Origin: an uncultured Methanosarcinales archaeon
GTDB taxonomy: Archaea; Nanobdellota; Nanobdellia; Woesearchaeales; JAGWAF01
NCBI GenBank assembly: GCA_964414985.1
Contig: CAYPXA010000007.1
Coordinates: forward strand, 12,233 to 76,232
Direction of reading: 5' to 3'
Length of the DNA stretch: 64,000 nt
The notes beneath the pieces were generated by a model that ran no database searches, had not been told where the DNA came from, and saw only the letters and a list, made by a program, of their open reading frames with translations. The translations under genes were made by a program, and so were the position numbers. This document shows positions 44,261 to 53,967 of the stretch, one piece after another (the stretch's first letter is position 1; every line of letters begins with the position of its first letter).

Positions 44261-46786
44261 ATGCCCACAGACAAGGAGCTGAAAAAGGAGTTCAAGAAAA
44301 AGGCATCGCAGGAGCCTGACAAATACTATCCTACTGCTGTCCTCAAGAAGGCAGGCTTTGAAAGGAGGAAGTGCAGCTGCGGGACATACTTCTGGGCAGC
44401 AAGCAAGGACCAGAAGACATGCGGGGATGGAGCATGCTCAGGAGGATTCAGGTTCTTCGGAAATTCATCATCAAAAAACAAGATGAGCTACATTGACGTC
44501 TGGAAAAAGTTTTCCCAGATGTTCGCAAAGCTCGGCTACACTCCAATAAAAAGGTATCCGGTTACTGCAAGGTGGAGGGATGACATGGAATTTGTCATCG
44601 CAAGCATAGCAGACTTCCAGCCTTATGTTGTATCCGGAGAAGTCGAGCCTCCTGCAAACCCCCTTGTAGTGCCCCAGTTCTGCCTAAGGTTTGGGGACAT
44701 AGACAATGTAGGCATTACAGGAAGCCACATGACCTGCTTCATAATGATAGGCCAGCATATGTTTGTAAAGCCTGAAGAATGGAACCAGGAAAAGGTCTTC
44801 AGCGACATAAAAAAATGGCTGAACGAAGGCCTTATGATACCTGACAGCGAGATAACATTCCATGAGGATGCATGGGCTGGCGGAGGGAATTTCGGGCCGT
44901 GCATGGAATTCTTCTCAAAGGGAGTTGAAATCGGAAACCAGGTCTACATGCTCTACCAGCAGACAGATGAAGGGCCCAAGGAGCTAAGCCTTAAAGTGCT
45001 TGACATGGGCATGGGCATGGAAAGGTGCGCATGGTTCAGCCAGGGAACTCCAACAATATATGATGCAGTGTTTCCTGCAGTCATGAAAAAGCTTGCAAAG
45101 GCAGCAGGCATAACTCCCAACGAAGAGCTCATAAGGAAATATGTGCCTTATGCAGGCATACTTAATGTTGATGAGACAGACGACCTTGAAAAGGCATGGC
45201 TGGATGTTGCCAAAAAAGCAGGAGTTGAGCCTGCAAAGCTGAAAAAGGAGATTCTGCCAATGGCTGCGCTTTATTCAGTTGCAGAGCATGCGAGAAGCCT
45301 GCTTGTTGCGTTGAGCGACGGAGCATTGCCTTCAAATGTTGGAGGAGGCTACAATCTTAGGATTCTTGCCAGAAGGGCGTTTGCATTTATTGACGAATAC
45401 AATTGGAGCATAGACCTTGCAGAAGTTGCAAAATGGCATGCTGAAGAGCTGAAGCCATTGTTTCCTGAGCTTAGCGGAAGCCTTGAGGATGTAAAGAAGA
45501 TAATTGAGGTTGAAAAGCAGAAATATGCTGCAACAAAGCAGAAGTCAGCTGCAGCTGTAGGCAAGATAATCGGCAAGGAGATAAGCGAGAATGAGCTTCT
45601 TGAACTTTATGACAGCCAGGGAATAAGCCCTGAAATGGTAAAGGAAGAGGCTGCCAAAATGGGCAAGAAAGTCGAGGTTCCTGCAGATTTCTACACAAAG
45701 GTTGCGGCAATGCACGAGAAGAAGGAGCAGGTGCACGCAACAAAAAAGGCAGGCGGGCTTGACCTTGGCGGAGTGCCTGAAACAAAGGCGCTTTACTTTG
45801 ATGACTATTCGCTTGCAGAGTTTACTGCAAAAGTGCTTAAGGTTATAGGAAAGAACGTTGTTCTGGACAGGACAGCATTCTACCCGACATCAGGAGGCCA
45901 GCTGCACGACGAAGGAACAATATCAGGCAGGAAGGTTGCAGACATATTCAAGCAGGGCAATGTCATTGTCCATGCAATGGAATCCGAGCCAGAGTTCAGG
46001 GTGGGCCAGGAAGTTTCAGGAAAGATAGACTTTGAGACAAGGCTGCAGCTTGCGCAGCACCACACTGCAACCCATATTGTGAATGCAGCTGCAAGAAAAG
46101 TGCTGGGAAGCCACATAAACCAGGCAGGTGCAAAGAAGACTCTTGAAAAAGCGCACCTTGATGTAACGCATTACCAGAGCATTTCTGAATCAGAGCTCAA
46201 AAAGATTGAGGACGAGGCAAACAGGATAATAAAAGCCAAGGCAAAGGTAAACACATTCTTCTTGCCCAGGTCTGATGCTGAAAAGAAGTACGGCATGGCT
46301 TTATACCAGGGCGGTGCTGTTCCAGGAAAGATGATAAGGGTTGTTGAGGTTGAAGGGCTTGACGTGGAGGCATGCGGAGGCACACATGTAAAGAGCACTG
46401 CAGATGTCGGCAAGATAGTCATCCTAAAATCAACAAAAATATCAGACTCAATTGTAAGGATTACATTCACTGCAGGCGCTGCAGCAGAAAAAGAGGCAGA
46501 GGCTGAAGGAGGAATCCTGAAGGAGACTGCCAAAATTCTGGGCGTAAAGGAGAGCCAGGTTCCTGCAAGGGCTGCAGAGCTTTTCAGCAAGTGGAAAAAG
46601 GCGTGCAAGGCTGCAAAGAAAGGAGACTTAAAAGCCTGCGACCTTGACTTGACCTGCACTGACGACTGCGAAGGAGACCTTCTTGCAAAGACTGCAGAAG
46701 TATTCAGGACGCAGCCGGAGCATGTTGCCAAGACTGCACAAAGATTTCTGTCTGAGCTGAAAAGCATCAAAAGCGGAAAAAAGTGA
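44261..46786 (+). CDS. alaS: alanyl-tRNA synthetase (archaeal type)
   Basis: 841 aa; N-terminal catalytic domain (WAGGGNFGPCMEFF), editing-domain HxxxH (AQHHTATHIV), and C-terminal CxxC region. Confidence 0.85.
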   Translation: MPTDKELKKEFKKKASQEPDKYYPTAVLKKAGFERRKCSCGTYFWAASKDQKTCGDGACSGGFRFFGNSSSKNKMSYIDVWKKFSQMFAKLGYTPIKRYPVTARWRDDMEFVIASIADFQPYVVSGEVEPPANPLVVPQFCLRFGDIDNVGITGSHMTCFIMIGQHMFVKPEEWNQEKVFSDIKKWLNEGLMIPDSEITFHEDAWAGGGNFGPCMEFFSKGVEIGNQVYMLYQQTDEGPKELSLKVLDMGMGMERCAWFSQGTPTIYDAVFPAVMKKLAKAAGITPNEELIRKYVPYAGILNVDETDDLEKAWLDVAKKAGVEPAKLKKEILPMAALYSVAEHARSLLVALSDGALPSNVGGGYNLRILARRAFAFIDEYNWSIDLAEVAKWHAEELKPLFPELSGSLEDVKKIIEVEKQKYAATKQKSAAAVGKIIGKEISENELLELYDSQGISPEMVKEEAAKMGKKVEVPADFYTKVAAMHEKKEQVHATKKAGGLDLGGVPETKALYFDDYSLAEFTAKVLKVIGKNVVLDRTAFYPTSGGQLHDEGTISGRKVADIFKQGNVIVHAMESEPEFRVGQEVSGKIDFETRLQLAQHHTATHIVNAAARKVLGSHINQAGAKKTLEKAHLDVTHYQSISESELKKIEDEANRIIKAKAKVNTFFLPRSDAEKKYGMALYQGGAVPGKMIRVVEVEGLDVEACGGTHVKSTADVGKIVILKSTKISDSIVRITFTAGAAAEKEAEAEGGILKETAKILGVKESQVPARAAELFSKWKKACKAAKKGDLKACDLDLTCTDDCEGDLLAKTAEVFRTQPEHVAKTAQRFLSELKSIKSGKK

Positions 46787-46836
46787 ATTGAATAATGCAA
46801 ATTGATTAAATAAATTAAATAATATTATTCTCAAGA

Positions 46837-47121
46837 TTATTCTCCCTGAGAAATTGAATACCTTCCCTCCTCAATCCCCTCGCTTCTGCATTTCGGGCAC
46901 TTTGTAGGAGCCTTCAGCTTCAAGCGCTCCTTGAAGACAAAGCCGCACTGCCTGCAGAAAGGAGGCGAGAACCTAAACCTTAAAGGAAGCTGAGTGCTTC
47001 TCCTGACATGCTCAAGATCTGCAATAATCTCTGACATCTCTGCAAAGAAATGCGATGCAAGCTCCTTAGGAGTCCATGCCCTCTGCCTCAAGAGCATTGA
47101 GATTTCCTTTCTTCGGGTCAT
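46837..47121 (-). CDS. transcription regulator with HTH fused to Zn ribbon (COG3357-like)
   Basis: 94 aa; N-terminal HTH-like region and a C-terminal CRQCG...CPKC zinc ribbon. Overlaps the upstream gene by 4 nt. Confidence 0.5.
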   Translation of the reverse strand: MTRRKEISMLLRQRAWTPKELASHFFAEMSEIIADLEHVRRSTQLPLRFRFSPPFCRQCGFVFKERLKLKAPTKCPKCRSEGIEEGRYSISQGE

Positions 47122-47873
47122 TTTTGGATTTCTTGCCTGAAAATCTTCTCAAGGATATCAAGCGTGTAAAGAATCATTGCCTGCGCCTGCTCCCTTGAAG
47201 GCATAAAAGCCTGCTGCTGGAAATGCACAGATGAAATCCGCACATTATTGATAAGATGAATCTGCTGCATAAGCCCTGGGTCAAGCTCAACCTTTTCTTC
47301 TGAAAGCTTTGCAACAATCTTGCCAAGCCCTATTCCAGGGGATTTCTCAAGCAAATCAACTCCTGTGATTTCAAAATACTTCCTGTGAAGGCAGACCTCA
47401 AGAAGCCTTGCGCACAGTATTGCAGACGACCTGAAGCCTCCTGCATTGAATACCTTCTGAAGCTCGTCGATGTCTGCATAGACGTCAAGCCTTATTTCTG
47501 CAGGGATTCCTGAAGGCTTTTTCAGGTCATTTGACTTTGGCTCGCTGAGCATTGCGCACATGTCAAGGACTTTTGAAAGCACACTATCCTTGTTTTCCTC
47601 GATGTCAAGCCTTGAGACAGCATCCCTTATCTTTTCAACAGCAGAGGCGTTTGACGGGTCGTAGCATACAAGGTTGAGGAGCATTGCAGACTTTGATTTT
47701 ACCTGCTGGATTCCGACACGAACTGCATTCTTGTAGTACTCTTCCTTGCTCTTGCTGAAGTCAAACAGCCTGCTTTCTCCGAGCGGCTTGCTAAGGTCAA
47801 TGCCTTTTGCAGCAGCATTCCCAATTGCAGCTCTAAGCTCAACAACTGCCTTTGTAAATTCATTAAGCGCCAT
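47118..47873 (-). CDS. hypothetical protein with C-terminal HEPN-like Rx4H motif
   Basis: 251 aa; ...IHLINNVRISSVHFQQ contains R-x4-H, the HEPN RNase signature, and the C-terminal region is predicted helical. Confidence 0.4.
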   Translation of the reverse strand: MALNEFTKAVVELRAAIGNAAAKGIDLSKPLGESRLFDFSKSKEEYYKNAVRVGIQQVKSKSAMLLNLVCYDPSNASAVEKIRDAVSRLDIEENKDSVLSKVLDMCAMLSEPKSNDLKKPSGIPAEIRLDVYADIDELQKVFNAGGFRSSAILCARLLEVCLHRKYFEITGVDLLEKSPGIGLGKIVAKLSEEKVELDPGLMQQIHLINNVRISSVHFQQQAFMPSREQAQAMILYTLDILEKIFRQEIQK

Positions 47874-47946
47874 AACACCAATTAATCTGCCCCTCTTTTA
47901 TATTTTTCTGTTAAAATTTATATATTTGAGCGCAAAAAACAGTTGA

Positions 47947-48405
47947 ATGATAAGAAAAATATACATCTCAGGGCCTTGGGGAACAAACGCTGAAAGCAGA
48001 AAATTCCTAAAGAGCGAGCTGGAAGAGTCTGTTCAAAAATACGGGATTCCTGTCCATTCTCTTGTATTCATAAACTCTGACTGCATTGCCCAGGCTGAAA
48101 AAAAGCAGGATGAAAGGGAAAAGATAGCTGAATGGCTTGGGATTTCGCACGCATTCTCAAATTATTCAAAGAAAGCCATGAACTTAAGCAGCTGCCTTGT
48201 AGCAGTTCTTGACGGAACAGATTCAGACATTGTTACAGTGCAAGACATGCACTATTTTCAAAGCCTGGACAGGCCGATGATTGCATACACAGGTCTTGTA
48301 AAGCCAGGCTTATTGCCTAATTCAAATGCATTGGGAATTGCAAGAGCGCAGGCAAAATCCATAAACGACCTTGAGAAGCACCTGGGATATTATTTTCCAG
48401 CTTAG
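47947..48405 (+). CDS. nucleoside 2-deoxyribosyltransferase-like (NDT/SLOG-fold) protein, tentative
   Basis: N-terminal KIYISGPW (Rossmann-like start) and LVAVLDGTDSDIVTVQDMHYF, resembling the NDT-family ...DG.D.GT..E.GY motif. Confidence 0.35.
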   Translation: MIRKIYISGPWGTNAESRKFLKSELEESVQKYGIPVHSLVFINSDCIAQAEKKQDEREKIAEWLGISHAFSNYSKKAMNLSSCLVAVLDGTDSDIVTVQDMHYFQSLDRPMIAYTGLVKPGLLPNSNALGIARAQAKSINDLEKHLGYYFPA

Positions 48406-48409
48406 AAAA

Positions 48410-49651
48410 TTAGAGAAACTGGGTCAGCTTTTTCTGCTGCTTAATCTCCTTCAGAAGAATGCTGCTTCCAGTGATATTCTCGAGATTATACCTGTATTTT
48501 TTTGCAGCAAGCGCATTTGCATATTTCAGCATTAAGCTCATGTCTGAAAATTCTATCGGCTTTGAAGACAATGCCTTCCTTACTGCCTCCCTCACAACCC
48601 AGACTCCAAGAGGGACTGCATATTCTCCTGTGATAAACCTCAAGCATAACACGCTCGCCTGCCTCTTCATCGACTTGAGCTTTTCAAGTATTGGAAGCCT
48701 TGCAGCATAATACCCTCCTGCGCAGTTCTCTGCATAATCCCTTCTTCCTGAATAGCTTTCATAGTCAGTTGTAAACTGGACATTTTCAGTCATGTTCCAG
48801 CTTGCCTTTGGCATGTAAGACTCAAAAAGCTCGTAGCTCCAGACTCCTGGAAAGAAAAGTATAAGGTAATAATTTCCAAGGTATCCTCCAAAAAACGCAG
48901 TGTTCTCTGATTCAGGCATTCCCCTTATTTCAGAAATAATGTTTTTTCCAAGCGCATCATCAACTGCTGTTATGCTCCATCTTGTGGGAACAAGCTTCCT
49001 GTCCTTTCCAATCCCCAGGTTTCCAACAGAGAGAAGCTTTGAAAGAAAGTTCTCATCAAATCCGCTTTTGAAAAGAGATATGAGCGCAGGAATCGACTTT
49101 AGGTCTGTGTCTGAAACAGCCCTCTCAACCTTTGTATGGATTTTGGGATTTGAGGTTATATCCGCCTTTTCTATTGCAGCGTTCGGGCCTGTCGGAGCTG
49201 CATGGCTGTCAGTATTAAGCCTGAACTTCGGCTTCTGCTTAAGGCTTATCTCAACCTCGACAGGAGCAGATGCCATTCCAACCTCCCTGGAGATTTCAAG
49301 AAGCCTGCTGCTCTTCTGCTTGATGTAAGAATTGAATCTTGAGTTGATTAATGCAGACCTGAAATCAACAATTTGAGGAATGGAATAGTTGCTTCCAGCC
49401 CAGTGCCTCGGCGCATCATACTCCCATGCATTCTCATCTGCATTTGGCGGGCTTAGAATTCCTACATTGACATAAGGATAGCCGAACCTGCCTACAAAAG
49501 GCGCAGGCGAAGACCCAAAAAAGTCATTGCCCTGCATTGAGCCGATAATATCCCTTGCCTTGAAAGCTGACTCTGACTTTGCGATAATCGGGCAGAAGCT
49601 TTTTCCGCAAAGCATGCTTGAGCCTTTGCACTTAATGCACTTTATGTCCAT
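48410..49651 (-). CDS. Nre-family protein (archaeal DNA repair protein NreA-like, COG1602), tentative
   Basis: N-terminal Cys cluster CIKCKGSSMLCGKSFCP, typical of Nre N-termini; about 410 aa. Confidence 0.45.
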   Translation of the reverse strand: MDIKCIKCKGSSMLCGKSFCPIIAKSESAFKARDIIGSMQGNDFFGSSPAPFVGRFGYPYVNVGILSPPNADENAWEYDAPRHWAGSNYSIPQIVDFRSALINSRFNSYIKQKSSRLLEISREVGMASAPVEVEISLKQKPKFRLNTDSHAAPTGPNAAIEKADITSNPKIHTKVERAVSDTDLKSIPALISLFKSGFDENFLSKLLSVGNLGIGKDRKLVPTRWSITAVDDALGKNIISEIRGMPESENTAFFGGYLGNYYLILFFPGVWSYELFESYMPKASWNMTENVQFTTDYESYSGRRDYAENCAGGYYAARLPILEKLKSMKRQASVLCLRFITGEYAVPLGVWVVREAVRKALSSKPIEFSDMSLMLKYANALAAKKYRYNLENITGSSILLKEIKQQKKLTQFL

Positions 49652-49756
49652 AACTTCAGGAGTGGTTTTGGATTTATATAGGTTTTCAGCAAATGTCTAG
49701 TGCATCCTGCCAATTGACTCAACAATTAATCCTAACAAGAACCCTAACAATTGAAT

Positions 49757-50257
49757 TTAATTCAGAATGAAAATTGCAAAATTAAGCACTGACGCAAATG
49801 AAACCCACAAAATGTAGGGGATGAAAAGCAGGCCTGCAGGCCTTGAGATTTTATAAAACAAAACCGATGCTGTGATTATTGACGCCAAAAGCAGTATTAT
49901 GCAGATGAATGCTCCAAAAATCTGGTGCATTCCAAAGAACAGGATTGACCACATTGCATTAAGAAAAAGCTGGATTCCAAAAATTATGTAGGCATTCCTG
50001 CTGTTCTCTGCATTCTTTTTCCACACAAGGTAGAGCGAGACTCCCATCAAAATGTAAAGAAAAGTCCACACAGGCCCAAAAATCCAGCCAGGAGGATTGA
50101 AGAAAGGCTTTGCAAGCGATGAATACCAGCTGCCCTCTCCTGAAACAGTGAATGCAGAGCCGATAGCTGCAGCTGCAAAAGGAAGCGCAAGCGAAACCGC
50201 GAGCTTGTACCAATCCCTAAACTTATCCTCGTTTGACTTTTTCATTTTCAACTTCAC
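49757..50257 (-). CDS. tspO: TspO/MBR tryptophan-rich sensory protein
   Basis: Five TM helices; W-rich motifs (FNPPGWIFGPVWTFLY, WKKN, ILWVSFASVLN). Confidence 0.75.
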   Translation of the reverse strand: MKLKMKKSNEDKFRDWYKLAVSLALPFAAAAIGSAFTVSGEGSWYSSLAKPFFNPPGWIFGPVWTFLYILMGVSLYLVWKKNAENSRNAYIIFGIQLFLNAMWSILFFGMHQIFGAFICIILLLASIITASVLFYKISRPAGLLFIPYILWVSFASVLNFAIFILN

Positions 50258-50745
50258 AGTTTTCTTATGAGGCTTACTGAATCGTCCATAAATCCCCAGT
50301 GGTTGTAGATTGCCTTTGCATCAGGATTGTCAGCGCGGACAGCAATTGTAGTGTACTTGAGCCCTTTGCTTTTGAACCATTTGAATGATTCATCCTTAAA
50401 CATTGTGCTTATGCCTTTTCCATGAAACTTGTTCCTGACAAAAAGGTCGCTTAAGTATCCAACCTTGCCTATTTTGAATATAGGGTTGTAATCCTTGATG
50501 AATGAGAGGCAGTAGCCTGCAGGAACACCGCCTTCCTCTGCAATGAAAACAACTGCATTCCTTGCCCTGAGCTTTTTTGAGATGAACTTCCTGAAAATTT
50601 CAATGTAGTTTTCCTTTTTCTCCAAAAACTCAGCTGCTGCAGGATTCCTTTTGATGAGCACTTCCTCATGGTATTTCATAAACTCTTCAAACAATGAAAC
50701 TACTATGTCTGCATCATCCTTTTTTGCCCTTCTTACCTGAATCAT
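50254..50745 (-). CDS. GNAT-family N-acetyltransferase
   Basis: Motif A region RNKFHGKGISTMF; about 160 aa. Confidence 0.65.
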   Translation of the reverse strand: MIQVRRAKKDDADIVVSLFEEFMKYHEEVLIKRNPAAAEFLEKKENYIEIFRKFISKKLRARNAVVFIAEEGGVPAGYCLSFIKDYNPIFKIGKVGYLSDLFVRNKFHGKGISTMFKDESFKWFKSKGLKYTTIAVRADNPDAKAIYNHWGFMDDSVSLIRKL

Positions 50746-51863
50746 AAAAACTCAACCTCTATTTCAGTGGCATCCCAAGTGGGGTATTCTGTCACAATAG
50801 CAGCAGAAAGGCCTTCCTCCTTTATTTTCTTTGCGATTTTTGCAGAAGTGATAAGCCTCATCTTTTTTTCATCAATTTTAAGCACAGATGAGCTTAGCCT
50901 GTATTTTTTAAGTATTAATTCCCTTGCCTGCTTCAGCTTGAGCAATGCATCGCTCCTTTCCTTGTCATTCATTGACTCAAGAATCCTTCTGTAGCCAAAG
51001 CCTGGCTTCAATGAATCAAGGTAGACTGAACCCCTCACAAGCAGGCCTTCATCTGTTATGATGTCAAACTTTTCTGCAGCATTCTTAGCCCTGATTTTTA
51101 TCCTGTTTGCCATCTGCACTGCATCCTTCAGCCTTGTTGTGCAGTAGTGCACAGGAATCCTGCTTTCGTATTTTGCCCCAAGCATTAGCGCAAGCTCGTG
51201 GCTTCCCTCGACAGAGTAGTCAAGCATTGACTTTGCCTTCAGCCCTCGCTTGGCCATTTCATCCATGTTTGTGTCAGACTGCTCGAGCTCGTTTAAGTTC
51301 AGAAATTTGATGAAAGGAAGGAAATAGTCTATTGCCTTTTCAGTCTCATTCCCAAGCTGGGGAATGACTGGAATCTCCATGCCCACGACCCAGCCAAATG
51401 ATGCGATAGTCTTAATTCGTTCCCAGTATTTGCCTGATTCAAGGTCAGGATGGATTCTTATTTCGTCAAGCCCTGCATCATAAAGAAGCTTAAGATTGTC
51501 AGGAGTTGCATGCTCCAAAGTAATGTACATGTGGATATGGAATTTCTTTCCAAACCTTGCTTTTAGAGCCTTTATGTATTCAACACACCTTTCAACCCTA
51601 AGAAGAGGGTCTCCGCCTGTTATGCCTGCGCCTTCTGCCTCGCAGAGCTCTGCCTCCCTTATTATATCCTTAATGCCTGAAGTTTTCCATTCATTTGCAA
51701 AAACAACATCAAGGTTCTTCTTTGCGTCTGAAAGCGGGCAGTACCAGCAGTCCCTGCTGCAGATGCCTGTAACAAAAAGCACGAGCTTTTTTCCCTGCAC
51801 GCACATTGCACAGCCTTCTGAAAGGCCTCCTGACTTCCATGAGCAGAATTTTGTTGGCTCCAT
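50742..51863 (-). CDS. radical SAM domain protein (PflA-like, COG2108-like)
   Basis: CSRDCWYCP is the CxxxCxxC cluster, preceded by an additional Cys pair (CAMC); 373 aa. Confidence 0.55.
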   Translation of the reverse strand: MEPTKFCSWKSGGLSEGCAMCVQGKKLVLFVTGICSRDCWYCPLSDAKKNLDVVFANEWKTSGIKDIIREAELCEAEGAGITGGDPLLRVERCVEYIKALKARFGKKFHIHMYITLEHATPDNLKLLYDAGLDEIRIHPDLESGKYWERIKTIASFGWVVGMEIPVIPQLGNETEKAIDYFLPFIKFLNLNELEQSDTNMDEMAKRGLKAKSMLDYSVEGSHELALMLGAKYESRIPVHYCTTRLKDAVQMANRIKIRAKNAAEKFDIITDEGLLVRGSVYLDSLKPGFGYRRILESMNDKERSDALLKLKQARELILKKYRLSSSVLKIDEKKMRLITSAKIAKKIKEEGLSAAIVTEYPTWDATEIEVEFL

Positions 51864-51934
51864 AACAGTTTTGAGTTCTGGGTTCTGTATATATAAAAGT
51901 TAGTTTTATTAACCCTGTAAAATTCCCAAAATCC

Positions 51935-52537
51935 ATGAAGCTGATAATTGCAAGGCATGGGCAGACAGATGCAAATGTCTTGAAGATAATGCAGGGCTGG
52001 ACAAACAGCAATCTTACACCCTTGGGGGAAGAGCAGGCAAAGAAGCTTGCACTGCGGCTTAAGGATGAGAAGATTGATGCAATCTACACTTCAGACCTGA
52101 CAAGGACTTTGCACACTGCAAAAGAGATTGCAAAATACCATCCTAAATCAAAGTTTGTAGTTACAGAAAAGCTTAGGGAGCTTGGAAGAGGGGAATGGGA
52201 AGGCAAAACACGAAAGGAAGCAGGGCTTGAAAACTTTCCTGCAGACAAATTCTGGCCGATTCCAAAAGGAGGGGAAACCCACGAGCAGCTTAAAAAAAGG
52301 GCAAAGGAAATAATTGATGAGGCCTACGCCAAGCACAAGAACAGCACAGTTTTGTTTGTAACTCATGCAGCAACAAAGAATGCGCTTGCTGCAATAATAA
52401 CTGGAATAAAGATTGAGAGCCCGCTGCAGCTGATTCAATTCAAGAACACTGCAGTGAGCATATTTGAGATTTTTGAGGACAAAAGCCACAAGGTTCACTG
52501 CCTGAACTGCACAAAGCATCTTGAGCAAAACACTTAA
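51935..52537 (+). CDS. histidine phosphatase family protein (phosphoglycerate mutase-like)
   Basis: LIIARHGQTDAN (catalytic RHG) and a later ...VTHAATK. Confidence 0.7.
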   Translation: MKLIIARHGQTDANVLKIMQGWTNSNLTPLGEEQAKKLALRLKDEKIDAIYTSDLTRTLHTAKEIAKYHPKSKFVVTEKLRELGRGEWEGKTRKEAGLENFPADKFWPIPKGGETHEQLKKRAKEIIDEAYAKHKNSTVLFVTHAATKNALAAIITGIKIESPLQLIQFKNTAVSIFEIFEDKSHKVHCLNCTKHLEQNT

Positions 52538-52603
52538 ATACTCCTAAGATTAGCTGAATTTAAGGCATGTTTGTTTAGGATTTTTTTTGTCTAGGTGAAA
52601 TAA

Positions 52604-53635
52604 ATGCTTCCAGAAGAACAGATAAAACAGATTCAAGATGAAATCAGGCACTGCAAAAAGCCAGTCTTTTTCTTTCACGATGACCCTGACGGGCTTTGCT
52701 CTTTCCTTCTGATGTACAGGCTGATTGGCGAGGGAAAAGGCATAGTTGTCAAGACAAAGCCGAACATAGGCACAATGTTTGCCAGAACAGTAAAGGAATA
52801 CGGCGCAGACAAGGTATTTGTCCTGGACATTGCCATGGTCGAGCAGGATTTCATAGACGAAGTTAAAATTCCTGTAGTCTGGATAGACCACCATGGGCCC
52901 TACCAGCGCGAAAGGGTGAAATACTTCAATTCAAGGCTTCAGGGAGAAAACATACCTCCTTCAGAAGTCTGCTATCATGTTTCTGAAAAAGACCTGTGGA
53001 TTGCAATGGCAGGCTGCATAGGAGACTGGTACATCCCGACTTTCAAGGACAAGTTCTGCGAGCAGTACCCTGACCTGATGGGCAAAGAGGTAACAAAACC
53101 TGAAGACGCGCTTTTCAAGACAAAATTGGGAGAGCTTGTCAAGATAATGTCCTTCAACCTGAAAGGCACAACGCAGGAGGTCATGAAGTCTGCAAAAATA
53201 TTCACAAGGATTGAGACTCCTTATGAAATCCTGAACCAGACAACATCGAGAGGGGCGTTCATCTACAAGAAATATGAGAGAGTCAAGCAGGAGTATGACA
53301 GCCTGCTGAAGAGGGCTGCAGAAAAGAAGACAAAGGACAAAATCCTCCTTTATACTTATCATCAGGATGTTTTAAGCCTTACAAAAGAGCTATCAAACGA
53401 GCTACTGTTCATGTTTCCAAACAAGATAATAGTCATTGGAAGGGAAAAGTCAGGAGAGATGAAGTGCAGCATAAGGTCAGGCCCAAAAGTAATGCTCAAC
53501 CAGGTTCTTGAGAAGGCGCTTGAAGGAATAAGCGGGTATGGCGGAGGCCATGAGCATGCCTGCGGAGCTGTTATCAAAACTGAAGACTTTGAAAAGTTCC
53601 TTGAGAACATGCGAAAGTTCCTGAAAAAGCAGTGA
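52604..53635 (+). CDS. DHH/DHHA1 phosphoesterase (NrnA-like nanoRNase/pAp phosphatase)
   Basis: FFFHDDPDGLCS (motif I/II), WIDHHGP (DHH) and GGGHEHACGA (GGGH of DHHA1). Confidence 0.7.
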   Translation: MLPEEQIKQIQDEIRHCKKPVFFFHDDPDGLCSFLLMYRLIGEGKGIVVKTKPNIGTMFARTVKEYGADKVFVLDIAMVEQDFIDEVKIPVVWIDHHGPYQRERVKYFNSRLQGENIPPSEVCYHVSEKDLWIAMAGCIGDWYIPTFKDKFCEQYPDLMGKEVTKPEDALFKTKLGELVKIMSFNLKGTTQEVMKSAKIFTRIETPYEILNQTTSRGAFIYKKYERVKQEYDSLLKRAAEKKTKDKILLYTYHQDVLSLTKELSNELLFMFPNKIIVIGREKSGEMKCSIRSGPKVMLNQVLEKALEGISGYGGGHEHACGAVIKTEDFEKFLENMRKFLKKQ

Positions 53636-53643
53636 TTTCTTGA

Positions 53644-53661
53644 ATAGTCTAATGGCTATGA
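53644..53661 (+). repeat. 18-nt duplicate of the 5' part of the downstream tRNA-like gene
   Basis: atagtctaatggctatga is identical to 53816..53833. Confidence 0.6.
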
Positions 53662-53809
53662 AATTAACAGGTTTTTCAAAGAAATCCGGCCGTCAAACAT
53701 GAAGCACAAAAAGAAGTATTGGCACTATTTGAAGCATAAAATCGTGCCTCTTACCCAAGAACTTCTTAAGCGTTAGGTTTATATATAACATGGTGATTCA
53801 TCAGTTTAC

Positions 53810-53948
53810 GCGCTGATAGTCTAATGGCTATGAGTTCTTGATGTTGGCAGTTCAATATCAGAGCTAGCAAATACCGGCCTTCCATAATGGAAAGGAAGCT
53901 AACCATTGACGAGAGCCGATGGTCCGGGTTCGAATCCCGGTCAGCGCA
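53810..53948 (+). tRNA. unusually long (139-nt) tRNA gene with one or more introns; anticodon uncertain (UCC-Gly fold preferred, GUU-Asn possible)
   Basis: Acceptor GCGCTGA (53810-16) with TCAGCGC+A (53941-48). Canonical T arm CCGGG-TTCGAAT-CCCGG. Candidate anticodon arm CCGGC-CTTCCAT... with the intron TAATGGAAAGGAAG complementary to the exon CCTTCCA (BHB-like). About 38 extra nt lie between the D region and the anticodon stem. Confidence 0.4.
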
Positions 53949-53967
53949 TTTAATATTCTAAACCAAA

